Assembly: GCA_963816355.1 (NCBI GenBank)
Contig: CAWFKH010000003.1
Coordinates: 1,152,001-1,216,000, forward strand
Direction of reading: 5' to 3'
Length of the DNA: 64,000 nucleotides
Source of the DNA: an uncultured Gemmatimonadales bacterium
GTDB lineage: Bacteria > Gemmatimonadota > Gemmatimonadetes > Longimicrobiales > RSA9
Part shown: piece by piece, positions 44,908-55,279 of the stretch
Numbering within the stretch: the first letter of the stretch is position 1
Layout of the letters: each line of letters begins with the position of its first letter
Made by a program: the position numbers and the translations under genes
Notes under the pieces: model-generated
Databases searched by the model: none
Seen by the model: the letters and a program-made list of their open reading frames with translations, nothing else
Told to the model about the DNA's origin: nothing

Positions 44908-45735
44908 ATGGCGACGGCTGAAGCGGCGACGGAGCGGGAGACGGCGAGCCTGGTGCACTACGAGCGGCGCGGGGGCGTGGCGGTCCTCACGCTCGACGAC
45001 CCGCCCGCGAACACGTACACCTACGAGATGATGCGGCAACTGGACGAGGCGATCCTGCGGGGACGCATGGACGACGACGTCTACGTCCTGGTGCTGACCG
45101 GGAAGGGCGAGAAGTTCTTTTCGGCGGGGGCGAACATCCAGATGCTGCAGGAGGTGACGCCCACCTTCAAGTACTACTTCTGCCTGCACGCGAACGAGAC
45201 GCTGACGCGGCTGGAGCACACGCCCAAGCTGGTGATCGCGGCGTTGAACGGCCACACCGTGGGCGGCGGACTGGAGATCGCGATGGCCGCCGACATGCGG
45301 ATCGCGCGGCGCGGCGCGGGCAAGATCGGCCTGCCGGAGGTGAACCTGGGCGTGCTCCCGGGCACCGGCGGCACGCAGCGGCTCTGCCGCCTCGTCGGCA
45401 AGTCGAAGGCGATCGAGATGATGACGACCGGCGAGACGACCGATTTCGAGGAGGCGAAGCGGCTCGGCGTCGTCAACGACATCGTCGAGGCCGACTCCGG
45501 AGAGAGCTTCCTCGCGAAGGTGATCGAGTACGCCACGCAGTTCACGCCGCCGCACCGGGCGGCCAAGGCGGTGGGCCACATCAAGCGCTCGGTGCAGACC
45601 GGCTTCGATCTCGGGATGTCGGACGCGCTCGCCGTCGAGCGCGAGCTCCAGCAGCAGCTCTTCCAGAGTCAGGACGCGCGCGAGGGCCTCACCGCCTACA
45701 CGGAGAAGCGGCGGCCGGAGTTCAAGGGGAAGTAG
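44908..45735 (+). CDS. Enoyl-CoA hydratase/isomerase-family protein resembling the N-terminal domain of BoxC
   Basis: FFSAGANIQML...FKYYFCLHANET, NGHTVGGGLE, LPEVNLGVLPGTGGTQRL. Confidence 0.85.
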   Translation: MATAEAATERETASLVHYERRGGVAVLTLDDPPANTYTYEMMRQLDEAILRGRMDDDVYVLVLTGKGEKFFSAGANIQMLQEVTPTFKYYFCLHANETLTRLEHTPKLVIAALNGHTVGGGLEIAMAADMRIARRGAGKIGLPEVNLGVLPGTGGTQRLCRLVGKSKAIEMMTTGETTDFEEAKRLGVVNDIVEADSGESFLAKVIEYATQFTPPHRAAKAVGHIKRSVQTGFDLGMSDALAVERELQQQLFQSQDAREGLTAYTEKRRPEFKGK

Positions 45736-45741
45736 GCGTCG

Positions 45742-47214
45742 ATGGCGAGCACGCTGAAGGGGGTCGAGCGGCTCGCGCCCGACCGCCTCTTCATCGACGG
45801 CGAGTGGGTGGATGCCCGCTCCGGGGCCCGTATGCCCACGTTCCACCCCGCCGACGGCGAGCGCATCACGGACGTCGCGGAAGCGGGGCCGGACGACGTC
45901 GCCGCCGCGACCGCCGCCGCGCGCCGCGCCTTCGAGGGCGAATGGCGCACGCTCGACGCGGCCGACCGGGGCGCGCTGCTCTGGCGCATCGGCGACGCGA
46001 TCGCCGCGCGTGCGGACGAGCTGGCGAAGCTGGAGTCGCTCGACAACGGGAAGCCGCTGCGAGAGGCCCGGATCGACCTGCGCGAGGCGATCGACGCCTT
46101 CCACTACTACGCCGGCTGGGCCACCAAGATCGAGGGGGAGACGATCCCCGTGCGCGGCCACGTGCTCAACTACACGCTGCGCGAGCCGGTCGGTGTGGTC
46201 GGCGCGATCATCCCCTGGAACTTCCCTCTGCTGATGGCCGCGTGGAAGGTCGCGCCGGCGCTGGCGTGCGGGAACGCCGTCGTGCTCAAGCCGGCCGAGC
46301 AGACGCCTCTCTCCGCGCTCGAGCTCGCCGCGATCGCCCATGAGGCGGGGCTGCCCGCGGGCGTGCTGAACGTGCTCCCCGGCTACGGCGAGAGCGCCGG
46401 CGCGGCGCTCGTCCGCGACCCGCGGGTGGACAAGATCGCCTTCACCGGCTCGACCGCCGTCGGCCGCGTCATCATGCGGGAGGCGGCCGACACGCTCAAA
46501 CGCGTCTCGCTCGAGCTCGGGGGCAAGTCCCCGAACATCGTCTTCGAGGACGCCGACATCGACGCCGCGACCCGCGGTGCCTTCGCCGGCATCTTCTACA
46601 ACGCGGGTCAGTGCTGTACGGCCGGCTCACGGCTGCTGGTGCAGGCGTCGATCCGGGACGCGGTGCTCGAGAAGCTGGTCGAGCGCGCCGGCCGCGCCAG
46701 GCCCGGCGACCCGCTCGACCCGGGCACGCGCCTCGGACCGCTCGTCTCGCAGGAGCAGCTCGAGCGCGTCCTCGGCTACATCGAGACGGGCCGGGCGGAG
46801 GGCGCCGAGCTCCTCGTGGGCGGGGAGCGCCTCGCCTACGATGGCGCACAGAAGGGCTACTGGGTCGCGCCGACCGTGTTCGGCGGCGTGCGGCCGGAGC
46901 ACACGATCGCGCGCGAGGAGATCTTCGGCCCCGTGCTCTCGGTGCTCACCTTCGAGGACGAGGAGGAGGCGGTCTCGCTCGCGAACCGGTCCGTGTACGG
47001 GCTCGCCGCGGGCGTGTGGACGCAGGACGTGAAGCGTGCCCACCGCGTCGCCGCCCGCCTGGAGGCGGGCACCGTCTGGGTCAACACGTACCACCCGCTC
47101 GACGCCGCCTCGCCCTTCGGCGGCTACAAACAGTCGGGCTTCGGCCGCGAGCTCGGGAAGTACGCCATCGACCTCTACACGCAGGCGAAGAGCGTGTGGA
47201 TCGACCTGAGCTGA
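45742..47214 (+). CDS. NAD(P)-dependent aldehyde dehydrogenase
   Basis: [49 protein letters not shown]. Confidence 0.95.
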   Translation: MASTLKGVERLAPDRLFIDGEWVDARSGARMPTFHPADGERITDVAEAGPDDVAAATAAARRAFEGEWRTLDAADRGALLWRIGDAIAARADELAKLESLDNGKPLREARIDLREAIDAFHYYAGWATKIEGETIPVRGHVLNYTLREPVGVVGAIIPWNFPLLMAAWKVAPALACGNAVVLKPAEQTPLSALELAAIAHEAGLPAGVLNVLPGYGESAGAALVRDPRVDKIAFTGSTAVGRVIMREAADTLKRVSLELGGKSPNIVFEDADIDAATRGAFAGIFYNAGQCCTAGSRLLVQASIRDAVLEKLVERAGRARPGDPLDPGTRLGPLVSQEQLERVLGYIETGRAEGAELLVGGERLAYDGAQKGYWVAPTVFGGVRPEHTIAREEIFGPVLSVLTFEDEEEAVSLANRSVYGLAAGVWTQDVKRAHRVAARLEAGTVWVNTYHPLDAASPFGGYKQSGFGRELGKYAIDLYTQAKSVWIDLS

Positions 47215-47230
47215 CGACGCTTTGACGACG

Positions 47231-48433
47231 ATGACGCGGGAAGCCTGGATCGTCGACGCGGTCCGCACCCCCGTCGGCCGCCACGGCGGCGCCCTCGCCG
47301 CGGTGCGTGCGGACGATCTCGGCGCCGTGGCGGTGCGCGCGCTGCTGCGGCGCACGGGTCTCGACGCGGCGCTGGTCGAGGACGTCCTGATGGGCTGCGC
47401 CAACCAGGCGGGCGAGGACAACCGGAACGTGGCGCGCATGGCGGCGCTGTTGGCCGGAATGCCGGTCGACGTCCCCGGCCAGACGATCAACCGTCTCTGC
47501 GGCTCCGGGCTGCAGGCGGTCAACAGCGCGTTCCACGCGATCGCCGCTGGCGAAGGGGACGTCTTCGTGGCGGGCGGCGTGGAGTCGATGAGCCGTGCGC
47601 CGTACGTCATGCTGAAGCCAGAAACCGGCTATCCACGCGGCAACCCGGAGGTCGCCGACACCGTGCTCGGCTGGCGTTTCGTCAATCCCGCCTTCCCGGA
47701 CCGCTGGACCGTGGGCCTCGGGGAGACTGCGGAGGTGGTGGCGGAGGCCCACGGCGTGAGCCGCGAAGCGCAGGACGTCTTCGCGCTCGCCAGCCAACGC
47801 AAGGCGGCGGCGGCGCGGGACGCGGGGCGCTTCGTCGATGAGATCGAGCCGGTCGAGGTAGCGCAGCGGCGCGGGCCGCCGCGCGTCGTGGACGTGGACG
47901 AACATCCGCGTCCGGACACCACTCTGGATCAGCTCGCCGCGCTGCGCCCGGCGTTCCGCGCAGGCGGCACGGTGACGGCGGGCAACTCCTCGGGGCTGAA
48001 CGACGGCGCCGCCGCGCTCCTCGTGATCGAGGCGGGTCGCGCGCGCGAGCTGGGCCTGAAGCCGTTGGCGCGCGTGATCGCCTCGGCGGTGGCGGGCGTG
48101 GAGCCGGACCACATGGGGATGGGTCCCGTGCCGGCGGTGCGCAAGGCGATCGGGCGGGCGGGGATCGCGCTCGACGCCGTCGACCTGGTCGAGCTGAACG
48201 AGGCGTTCGCGGCGCAGTCGGTGGCGTGCATCCGCGAGCTGGGGCTCGAGGAGGCACGCGTGAACGTGAACGGGGGCGCGATCGCGCTGGGCCATCCGCT
48301 CGGCTGTTCCGGCGCCCGTATCCTCACCACTCTCCTGCACGAGCTGCGGCGGCGGGGCGGCGGCCTGGGTGTGGCGACGATGTGCATCGGCGTCGGCCAG
48401 GGCATCGCGACCGTCGTGGAGGCGATACCATGA
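47231..48433 (+). CDS. Thiolase, PaaJ/PcaF (3-oxoadipyl-CoA thiolase)-like
   Basis: [40 protein letters not shown]. Confidence 0.93.
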   Translation: MTREAWIVDAVRTPVGRHGGALAAVRADDLGAVAVRALLRRTGLDAALVEDVLMGCANQAGEDNRNVARMAALLAGMPVDVPGQTINRLCGSGLQAVNSAFHAIAAGEGDVFVAGGVESMSRAPYVMLKPETGYPRGNPEVADTVLGWRFVNPAFPDRWTVGLGETAEVVAEAHGVSREAQDVFALASQRKAAAARDAGRFVDEIEPVEVAQRRGPPRVVDVDEHPRPDTTLDQLAALRPAFRAGGTVTAGNSSGLNDGAAALLVIEAGRARELGLKPLARVIASAVAGVEPDHMGMGPVPAVRKAIGRAGIALDAVDLVELNEAFAAQSVACIRELGLEEARVNVNGGAIALGHPLGCSGARILTTLLHELRRRGGGLGVATMCIGVGQGIATVVEAIP

Positions 48434-49263
48434 GCGCCAGAGCGGAACGCACGATGAATCGGCGCGAGCCGGGCGAGCGGGACAGCATCGTCGTAGAGCG
48501 CGACGGCGCCGTCGGCTGGATCCGCATCAACCGACCCGAGCGCCTGAACGCCTTCGCCGGTGACATGCGCGAGCGGCTGCTCGATGCGCTGCGCGTGCAC
48601 GAGCGCGACCGCGCGGTCCACTGCGTGGTGGTGATCGGCGCCGGCCGCGCCTTCTCCACCGGCGGCGACATCCGCTACATGGCGGAGCTGGTTGAAGCGG
48701 AGGACGCGGCGGCCTTCGAGAAGCTGGTGCGTGCGGGCGCGGACGTCGTGACGCAGATCGACGGCATGTCGACGCCCGTCATCGCGGCGATCAACGGCCC
48801 CGCCGCGGGGGCGGGCGCCTGTCTCGCTCTCGCCTGCGACATCCGCCTGGCGAGCGAGACCGCCTCGATCGGCCTCACCTTCGCGCGCGTCGGACTGCAC
48901 GCCGACTGGGGCGGCACCTATTTCCTGCCCCGGCTCTGCGGCCCCGCGCTCGCCGCCGAGCTGCTGCTCACCGGCGGCATGATCTCGGCCGAGCGCGCCG
49001 AGCGCGTCGGACTGGTGAATCGCGTCGTTCCCGCCGACGACCTCGAGAACGCCGCCCGCGTCCTGGCCGGTCAGATCGCCGCGGGCCCCGCAGAGACGCT
49101 CGCGGCCACGAAGCGGGCGCTCCGCCGGAGCCTCAACGCTCCGCTGGGCGAGATCCTCGAGATGGAGACGCAGGCCCAGCTCGCCGCGTTCCGCTCGCCC
49201 GACTTCCGCGAAGGGATCACCGCGTTCATCCAGAAGCGGACCCCGCGCTTCGGCCACGAGTGA
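48430..49263 (+). CDS. Enoyl-CoA hydratase/isomerase, PaaG-like
   Basis: [28 protein letters not shown] (Asp type rather than Glu type), DFREG...KRTPRF. Confidence 0.85.
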   Translation: MSARAERTMNRREPGERDSIVVERDGAVGWIRINRPERLNAFAGDMRERLLDALRVHERDRAVHCVVVIGAGRAFSTGGDIRYMAELVEAEDAAAFEKLVRAGADVVTQIDGMSTPVIAAINGPAAGAGACLALACDIRLASETASIGLTFARVGLHADWGGTYFLPRLCGPALAAELLLTGGMISAERAERVGLVNRVVPADDLENAARVLAGQIAAGPAETLAATKRALRRSLNAPLGEILEMETQAQLAAFRSPDFREGITAFIQKRTPRFGHE

Positions 49264-50123
49264 CGATGGAGTTCGAGCGGGTCGCGGTGATCGGCGCCGG
49301 CACGATGGGACACGGCATCGCGCAGGTCGCCGCGCTCGCGGGCTCGCGCGTCCGCCTGGTCGACGTCGACGCGGACGTCCTCGCGCGCGCCGTCACCGCG
49401 ATCCACGCCGCGCTCGAGGGTGGCGTCGAGCGCGGCAAGCTCTCCGCCGGGCAGCGCGACGAGGCGCTGCAGCGGATCGAGACGTCGACCGATCCGGCCG
49501 CGGCCGTCGCCGACGCGGCCCTCGTGGTGGAAGCGGTTCCGGAGCGGCTGGATCTGAAGGAGCGTGTCTTCGCGGCGCTGGACGGCGCCGCCCCGCCGGC
49601 CGCGATCCTCGCGACGAACACGTCGAGCCTGAGCGTGACGCGGATCCAGACGGCGACGAAGCGGCCCGAACGCGTCGTCGGACTGCACTTCTTCAATCCG
49701 GTCCACATCATGAAGCTGGTCGAGGTCGTGCGCGGCGAAGCCACGTCACCGGCCACCGTGGAGGCGGCGACCCGCTTCGTGCGGCGCCTCGACAAGGAGC
49801 CGATCGTGGTCCGGGACTCGCCCGGCTTCGCCTCGTCCCGGCTCGGCATCGCGTTGGGACTGGAGGCGATGCGGATGGTCGAGGAGGGCGTGGCGGAGCC
49901 GGAGGCGATCGACCGCGCGATGGAGCTGGGCTACCGTCATCCGATGGGCCCGCTCCGCCTCACGGACCTCGTCGGGCTCGACGTGCGGCTCGGCATCGCG
50001 GAGTACCTGCACGAAACGCTCGGCTCCGACGTCTTCCGCCCGCCGGAGATCCTGCGCCGCATGGTCGCCGAAGGCCGCCTCGGCAGGAAGAGCGGCCGCG
50101 GCTTCTACGACTGGGAGGCGTGA
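49260..50123 (+). CDS. 3-hydroxyacyl-CoA dehydrogenase
   Basis: [44 protein letters not shown]. Confidence 0.94.
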   Translation: MTMEFERVAVIGAGTMGHGIAQVAALAGSRVRLVDVDADVLARAVTAIHAALEGGVERGKLSAGQRDEALQRIETSTDPAAAVADAALVVEAVPERLDLKERVFAALDGAAPPAAILATNTSSLSVTRIQTATKRPERVVGLHFFNPVHIMKLVEVVRGEATSPATVEAATRFVRRLDKEPIVVRDSPGFASSRLGIALGLEAMRMVEEGVAEPEAIDRAMELGYRHPMGPLRLTDLVGLDVRLGIAEYLHETLGSDVFRPPEILRRMVAEGRLGRKSGRGFYDWEA

Positions 50124-50902
50124 TGGCGTTCGAATCGCTGCGCGTGCACCTGGAGGACCGCGTCGCCACCCTCGTCGTCGACCGCCCCGAGAAGCGGAAC
50201 GCGCTGAACGCGACCGTCCGCCGCGAGATCGTCGAGGCGCTGGCCCAGCTTCGCGCGGACGACGAGGCGCGCGTCGTCGTCTTCACCGGCGCCGGGGAGC
50301 GCGCTTTCATCGCCGGCGCCGACATCGGCGAGTTCGAAGGCCGCACGCCGGTCGAGCAGCGGAACGCGATGGCGCCACCCCGCGTGTACGACGAGATCGC
50401 CGCGTTCCCGAAACCGACGATCGCGATGATCAACGGCTACGCGCTCGGCGGCGGATGCGAGCTGGCGATCGCGTGCGACCTCCGGACGGCCGCGCGCTCC
50501 GCCCGCCTCGGCCAGCCGGAAGTCCAGCTCGGCCTGCTTCCGGGCGGCGGCGGCACGCAGCGCCTGCCCCGCCTCGTCGGCTTCGGACGCGCCGCACGCC
50601 TCGTCCTGACCGGCGAGATGATCGACGCCGAGGAGGCGGAGCGCATCGGGCTCGTGCAGTGGGTCTTCGACGACGACGCGCTGCGCGAGCGCACGCTCGA
50701 GATCGCCCGCGCCCTCGCCGCCCGCTCGCCCGTGGCGCTCGCCCTCGTCAAGGACGCGCTCCGCGCGGCCGCCGAGATGCCGCTGTCCGCCGGGCTCATG
50801 CACGAGCGGGAGCTCTTCGTGACCGCCTTCGCCAGCGAGGACCGCGGCGAAGGCGTGCGTGCGTTCCTGGAGAAGCGGCCGCCGGAGTTCCGGGGCCGCT
50901 GA
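50123..50902 (+). CDS. Enoyl-CoA hydratase (PaaF/crotonase-like)
   Basis: AFIAGADI, ALGGGCELA, GQPEVQLGLLPGGGGTQRL (both catalytic Glu present). Confidence 0.92.
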   Translation: MAFESLRVHLEDRVATLVVDRPEKRNALNATVRREIVEALAQLRADDEARVVVFTGAGERAFIAGADIGEFEGRTPVEQRNAMAPPRVYDEIAAFPKPTIAMINGYALGGGCELAIACDLRTAARSARLGQPEVQLGLLPGGGGTQRLPRLVGFGRAARLVLTGEMIDAEEAERIGLVQWVFDDDALRERTLEIARALAARSPVALALVKDALRAAAEMPLSAGLMHERELFVTAFASEDRGEGVRAFLEKRPPEFRGR

Positions 50903-50912
50903 GGAGGCCGCC

Positions 50913-51263
50913 ATGAGCAACGACCCGTTCGGCGGCGTCGAGCCGCCGCGGCGCGTCAACCCCTTCGGCGACGCGGAGCCGCCTCGGCGCGCCAGTCCGT
51001 TCGGCGGCGACGACCCGGACGAAGGGCTGCCCGACGCCACGGGCCGCGTCGAGCACGCCGCGCGCAAGATCCGGCGCCTGCGCACGCAGCTTGGCGCGGA
51101 GGGACTGACGCTGGCGGCGATGCGGGAGCTGATCGACGAGATCGCCGCCGGCCTGGACGGCGCCGCGCGGGCGCTGCGCGCCCTCGAAGGGCGCGGGGCG
51201 GCGGGCGGCGGCGAGGGGCCGCCGCGGCCGGACGGGCCGGGCAGCCCGGAGTCGATCGAATGA
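50913..51263 (+). CDS. Hypothetical protein with N-terminal PFG repeats and a helical C-terminal part
   Basis: SD GAGGAGG before the ATG; ATGA overlap with the next gene. Confidence 0.65.
   Translation: MSNDPFGGVEPPRRVNPFGDAEPPRRASPFGGDDPDEGLPDATGRVEHAARKIRRLRTQLGAEGLTLAAMRELIDEIAAGLDGAARALRALEGRGAAGGGEGPPRPDGPGSPESIE
50925..51014 (+). repeat. In-frame 36-nt tandem repeat, about 2.5 copies
   Basis: Units start at 50925, 50961 and 50997 and encode PFGGVEPPRRVN / PFGDAEPPRRAS / PFGGDD. Confidence 0.8.
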
Positions 51264-51493
51264 GGACGCGGGCCGGGAAGTTCCTGTTCTGGAGCTTTCT
51301 GCTGCTGTACGCTGTCGCCCTCACGTGGCCCGGGATGCTGCCCTTCGACCGTATCCACCCGCTGATCCTGGGGCTGCCGTTCGTCGTCGCGTGGGTGGCG
51401 GCGTGGGTGGCGGCGGGCGCGGTGGTCCTCTGGTGGGTCGACCGGATCGAGGCGCGCGCCCGCGCCGAGGCCCGCCAGCGAGAGCGAGGCTGA
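51260..51493 (+). CDS. Small two-TM partner of a sodium:solute symporter (DUF3311-like)
   Basis: WP...FDRIHPLILGLPF...W motif; directly upstream of the symporter. Confidence 0.8.
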   Translation: MRTRAGKFLFWSFLLLYAVALTWPGMLPFDRIHPLILGLPFVVAWVAAWVAAGAVVLWWVDRIEARARAEARQRERG

Positions 51494-51495
51494 AG

Positions 51496-52995
51496 ATGGA
51501 ACGGTGGCAGGTCATCGCCGGCGTCGTCGCGCTCTACCTGCTCGCGACGCTGCTCATCGGCCTCTTCGCCGGGCGCCGCGCCAGCCGGAGCGTTGGCGGC
51601 TACGTCGCGGCCGACCGCGGCTTCGGTCTGCTGCCGATGTACTTCGTCACCGGCGCCACCGTCTTCAGCGCGTTCGCCTTCCTCGGCGGCCCCGGCTGGG
51701 CCTATTCGCGCGGCGTGGCCGCGCTCTACATCCTGAGCTACGGCGTGCTCGGCATCGCGCCCTGGTACTTCGTGGGGCCGAAGGCGGGCGCGCTCGGCCG
51801 CGAGCACGGCTACGTGACGCAGGCGCAGCTCGTCGTGGGACGATTTCCGTCCCGAGCGCTCTCGGCGATGCTCGCCCTCGCATCGATCGCCGCGTTCGTG
51901 CCGTACGTCATGCTGCAGATGAGCGGGGCCGGGATCGTCTTCAGCGCCGTGACGGACGGCCACGTCTCCTTCGCGGCCGGGGCGGCGCTCGCCTATGGCG
52001 TGGTCGTGGTGTACGTGCTCGTCGGCGGCGTCTCGGCGGTCGGCTGGACGAACGTATTCCAGGGCGTCTTCATGCTCGCGGTCGCGTGGACGCTGGGCCT
52101 CTACATCCCCGCGCACCTGTACGGCGGCGTCGCTCCGATGTTCGAGCGGATCGCGACGAGCCGGCCGGAGCTGCTCCACGTTCCCGGGCTGGGCGCGAAC
52201 GGCGAGCCGTGGAGCTGGGGCGCCTACTCCAGCGCGGTCCTCGCCTCCGCGATCGGGTTCCTGATGTGGCCGCACCTCTTCATGAAGTCGTTCGTCGCGC
52301 GCAGCGATCAAGTGCTCCGCCGCACCGTCATCCTCTATCCGACATTCCAGCTCTTCCTGATCCCGGTCTTTCTCATCGGCTTCGCGGGCGTGCTCTACGG
52401 TCAGCCGCCGCGGCAGCCGGATTTCATCATGCCGCACATGATCCTCGGCACGGCGCTGCCGGCCGTCGTCGTCGGCGCCTTCTGCGCGGGCGCCCTCGCG
52501 GCGTCGATGTCGACCGGGGACGCCCTGCTCCACGCTGCGGCGTCGATCGGCATCGAGGACGGCGTGCGCCCCTTCGTGCGCCTCACGGACACGCAGCAGC
52601 GCTTCCTCATGCGGCTCCTCGTGCTCCTCGTGGGCGGCCTCGCCTACTACCTGGCGATCATCCAGAATCGCTCGCTCGTGTGGCTGCTCCTCACCGCCTA
52701 CGGCGTGATCGACCAGCTCGCGCCGCCGGTCTACGCGGCGCTCTACTGGAAACGTGCCACCACGCCCGGCATCATCCTCGGCTTCCTCGGCGGCATCGCG
52801 ACCACGCTCTTCTTCCTGAGCCGACCCGAGCTGAAGCCGTTCGGCATCCATGAGGGCGTGCTCGGCGTCATCGTCAACGTGGCGGTGCTCGTGGCGGTGA
52901 GCTACGCCACCGAGCCGCAGCCGCCCGAGCACATCGCTCGCTTCGTGGATGCGGACACGGACGACGTCGCAACGGAGCTCGCCTCCGCGCCCTGA
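51496..52995 (+). CDS. Sodium:solute symporter family protein
   Basis: YVAADR, FSAFAFLGGPGWAY, GGVSAVGWT, WPHLF, AASMST; many TM segments. Confidence 0.93.
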   Translation: MERWQVIAGVVALYLLATLLIGLFAGRRASRSVGGYVAADRGFGLLPMYFVTGATVFSAFAFLGGPGWAYSRGVAALYILSYGVLGIAPWYFVGPKAGALGREHGYVTQAQLVVGRFPSRALSAMLALASIAAFVPYVMLQMSGAGIVFSAVTDGHVSFAAGAALAYGVVVVYVLVGGVSAVGWTNVFQGVFMLAVAWTLGLYIPAHLYGGVAPMFERIATSRPELLHVPGLGANGEPWSWGAYSSAVLASAIGFLMWPHLFMKSFVARSDQVLRRTVILYPTFQLFLIPVFLIGFAGVLYGQPPRQPDFIMPHMILGTALPAVVVGAFCAGALAASMSTGDALLHAAASIGIEDGVRPFVRLTDTQQRFLMRLLVLLVGGLAYYLAIIQNRSLVWLLLTAYGVIDQLAPPVYAALYWKRATTPGIILGFLGGIATTLFFLSRPELKPFGIHEGVLGVIVNVAVLVAVSYATEPQPPEHIARFVDADTDDVATELASAP

Positions 52996-52998
52996 GCG

Positions 52999-53430
52999 CT
53001 ACGCCTCCACTTCGCCAGGCGCCCGCTCCACCAGCCCGCCGCCGCTTTCGATCGCCTCCAGCGCATCCGCCTTGTCCTTCTGCTTGCGCGGGCGCCGCCC
53101 TCGCGAGAGCCGGTGCGCCAGACGCGCGAGCATAATGCGCTCAGCGCGGATGTCGTGGCCGATGTCGATCAGCAGCCGCGCGAAGTCGCCGCCCCCCCAC
53201 AGCACGACCGCCACGACGAGCGTGCGGGCCATCTCGCCGAGCAGCGTCGGCAGGGCGGAAACCCCCTCCACGCGCACGCCCGCCACGAGCTCGCCCGCCA
53301 TCGCGACCGCGAGGAAGACGGCGGCCGCCTTGAAGAGGGTGCCGACCCAGCGCAACGCCGTGTACGGCTCCAGATCCGTCTCCCGCACCGCCGCCACCCG
53401 CAATCGGCGCTTCGTCTTGGCGTCGTCCAT
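52999..53430 (-). CDS. Hypothetical two-TM membrane protein
   Basis: EPYTALRWVGTLFK...WGGGDFARLLIDIGHDIRA; SD GGAGG before the ATG. Confidence 0.7.
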   Translation of the reverse strand: MDDAKTKRRLRVAAVRETDLEPYTALRWVGTLFKAAAVFLAVAMAGELVAGVRVEGVSALPTLLGEMARTLVVAVVLWGGGDFARLLIDIGHDIRAERIMLARLAHRLSRGRRPRKQKDKADALEAIESGGGLVERAPGEVEA

Positions 53431-53620
53431 CTGCCCTCCTTCGGGTCGTTTCCGCCCCGGCAGTGCGCAGGAACGGGGCCACACGGGGCCTTCGCCCGCG
53501 CTCACCCCCGGTCCGTTTCCCGCCGCCCCACCCGCGACGACATCGACGGGATCCCGCGTCAGGCGCTCCGGCGTTATGTTTCGTCCCCCCTGCTGACGAC
53601 GAGGAACCGCTGGAGCGGCA

Positions 53621-54097
53621 ATGATCGACGAGATTCGAGAGAAGATATCGGAGGAGGTGGAGCGACTGCTCCACGAGCTGAACGTGACGCTTCCGGGCGC
53701 CATCCAGCGTGCAGTCGAGCTCGGAGACCTGCGTGAGAATGCCGACTACAAGTCCGCGCTCGAGCGGCAGCAGTTCGTGCAGGCGCGGCTGAACCACCTG
53801 ACGCAGCGGCTGGGCGAGCTCGGCAAGATCGACATCGCCTCGATCCCGACCGATCGCGTCGGCTTCGGGTCCCGCCTCCTGGTGCGCGAGCTGGGCAGCG
53901 GCGAGGAGTGGCGCTATACGATCGTGTCGGGAGACTTCATCGACCTGGAGGCGGGCCACATCTCAATGGCCTCCCCGCTCGGCCGCGCCTTTCTCGGCTC
54001 CCGCGCGGGAGAGGAGGTCGAGGTGACCCTGCCGGCCGGCCTCCGCCGCTTCCGGATCCTCGAGCTACAGACCCTTTCGGAGATGGTCGAGGAGTAG
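53621..54097 (+). CDS. greA: GreA/GreB-family transcription elongation factor
   Basis: AVELGDLRENADY (both acidic tip residues present), VGFGS, YTIV, ISMASPLGRA. Confidence 0.88.
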   Translation: MIDEIREKISEEVERLLHELNVTLPGAIQRAVELGDLRENADYKSALERQQFVQARLNHLTQRLGELGKIDIASIPTDRVGFGSRLLVRELGSGEEWRYTIVSGDFIDLEAGHISMASPLGRAFLGSRAGEEVEVTLPAGLRRFRILELQTLSEMVEE

Positions 54098-54133
54098 CTC
54101 CGCGGAACGGGCCTGGGGCCGCGGCTCACCGCC

Positions 54134-55279
54134 TCACGTGGTGGCACCGACGATCCGCTCGACGAGCTCCGCGTTGCTCGCCGTCCGCTTCATCATGGCG
54201 AGGAGCTGCTGCATCGCATCCGAGGTCGAGAGACCGGCGAACTGTCGTCGCAACAGCCCGACGGCGCGGTAGACGTCGGGCGGAAGGAGCAATTCTTCGC
54301 GGCGCGTCTGACTGGTGAGGAGGTCGATCGCCGGGAAGATGCGGCGGTCGGCGAGCTCCCGGCTCAACACGAGCTCGCTGTTGCCGGTCCCCTTGAACTC
54401 CTCGAAGATGACCTGGTCCATGCGCGAGCCCGTGTCGACCAGCGCAGTGGCGATGATCGTCAACGACCCGCCCCCCTGCCCCGGCTCCACCTTTCGCGCG
54501 CTGCCGAGGAACCGCTTCGGCTTCTCGAGCGACTGCGCATCGAGACCGCCCGATAGCGTTCGCCCGCTTCCCTCCTCCACCGCGTTGTAGGCGCGCGCGA
54601 GCCGCGTGATCGAATCGAGCACAAGGACGACATCGCGCCCCATCTCGACGAGCCGCCGCGCCCGCTCCAACGTGATCTCCGCCAGCGCCACGTGTCGGTC
54701 CGGCGGATGATCGAAGCTCGACGCGACCACCTCGCCGAACCCGCACATCTCCATCTCCGTCACCTCCTCCGGCCGCTCGTCGACCAGGAGGATCAGTAGC
54801 TCGCAGTCCGGATAGTTGGTGACGATCCCTTCCGCGACCGCCTGCAGCACCATCGTCTTACCGGCCTTGGCGGGAGCGACGATCATTGCCCGCTGCCCCT
54901 TGCCCAGCGGGGCGAAGAGGTCGATCACCCGATTCGTGAAATCCGGCTGCCCGCGTCGCGTCAGCCCGAACTCCAGCACCAGCCGCTCGTCCGGATGGAT
55001 CGCGCTCAGACGCTGGAACTGCGGCCGCTGCCGCACCGTCTCGGGCGCCTCGCCGTGCACGGCCGTCAGCCGCATCAGGGGCGCGCTCTTCCCGCGACCC
55101 GGCGACTTCCCCACCTCGCCGGCGAGTTCGTCGCCCGTGCGCAGCTCGAACTTCTGGATGATCTTCTGGCTCACGTAGATGTCGTCATCGCTGGGGAGGT
55201 ATCCCGCGTCGCGACGACGGATGAAGCCCGAGCCGCTGCTCAGGACTTCCAACACTCCGATGGTCTGGTCCGTGCTCAC
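54134..55279 (-). CDS. rho: Transcription termination factor Rho, short form; start uncertain (GTG 55279 or 55327)
   Basis: GVLEV...GFIR...DIYVS RNA-binding domain, GKGQR, APAKAGKT, DERPEEVT, DSITRLARAYN, EEFKGTGNSE, TRREELL. Confidence 0.93.
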   Translation of the reverse strand: MSTDQTIGVLEVLSSGSGFIRRRDAGYLPSDDDIYVSQKIIQKFELRTGDELAGEVGKSPGRGKSAPLMRLTAVHGEAPETVRQRPQFQRLSAIHPDERLVLEFGLTRRGQPDFTNRVIDLFAPLGKGQRAMIVAPAKAGKTMVLQAVAEGIVTNYPDCELLILLVDERPEEVTEMEMCGFGEVVASSFDHPPDRHVALAEITLERARRLVEMGRDVVLVLDSITRLARAYNAVEEGSGRTLSGGLDAQSLEKPKRFLGSARKVEPGQGGGSLTIIATALVDTGSRMDQVIFEEFKGTGNSELVLSRELADRRIFPAIDLLTSQTRREELLLPPDVYRAVGLLRRQFAGLSTSDAMQQLLAMMKRTASNAELVERIVGATT

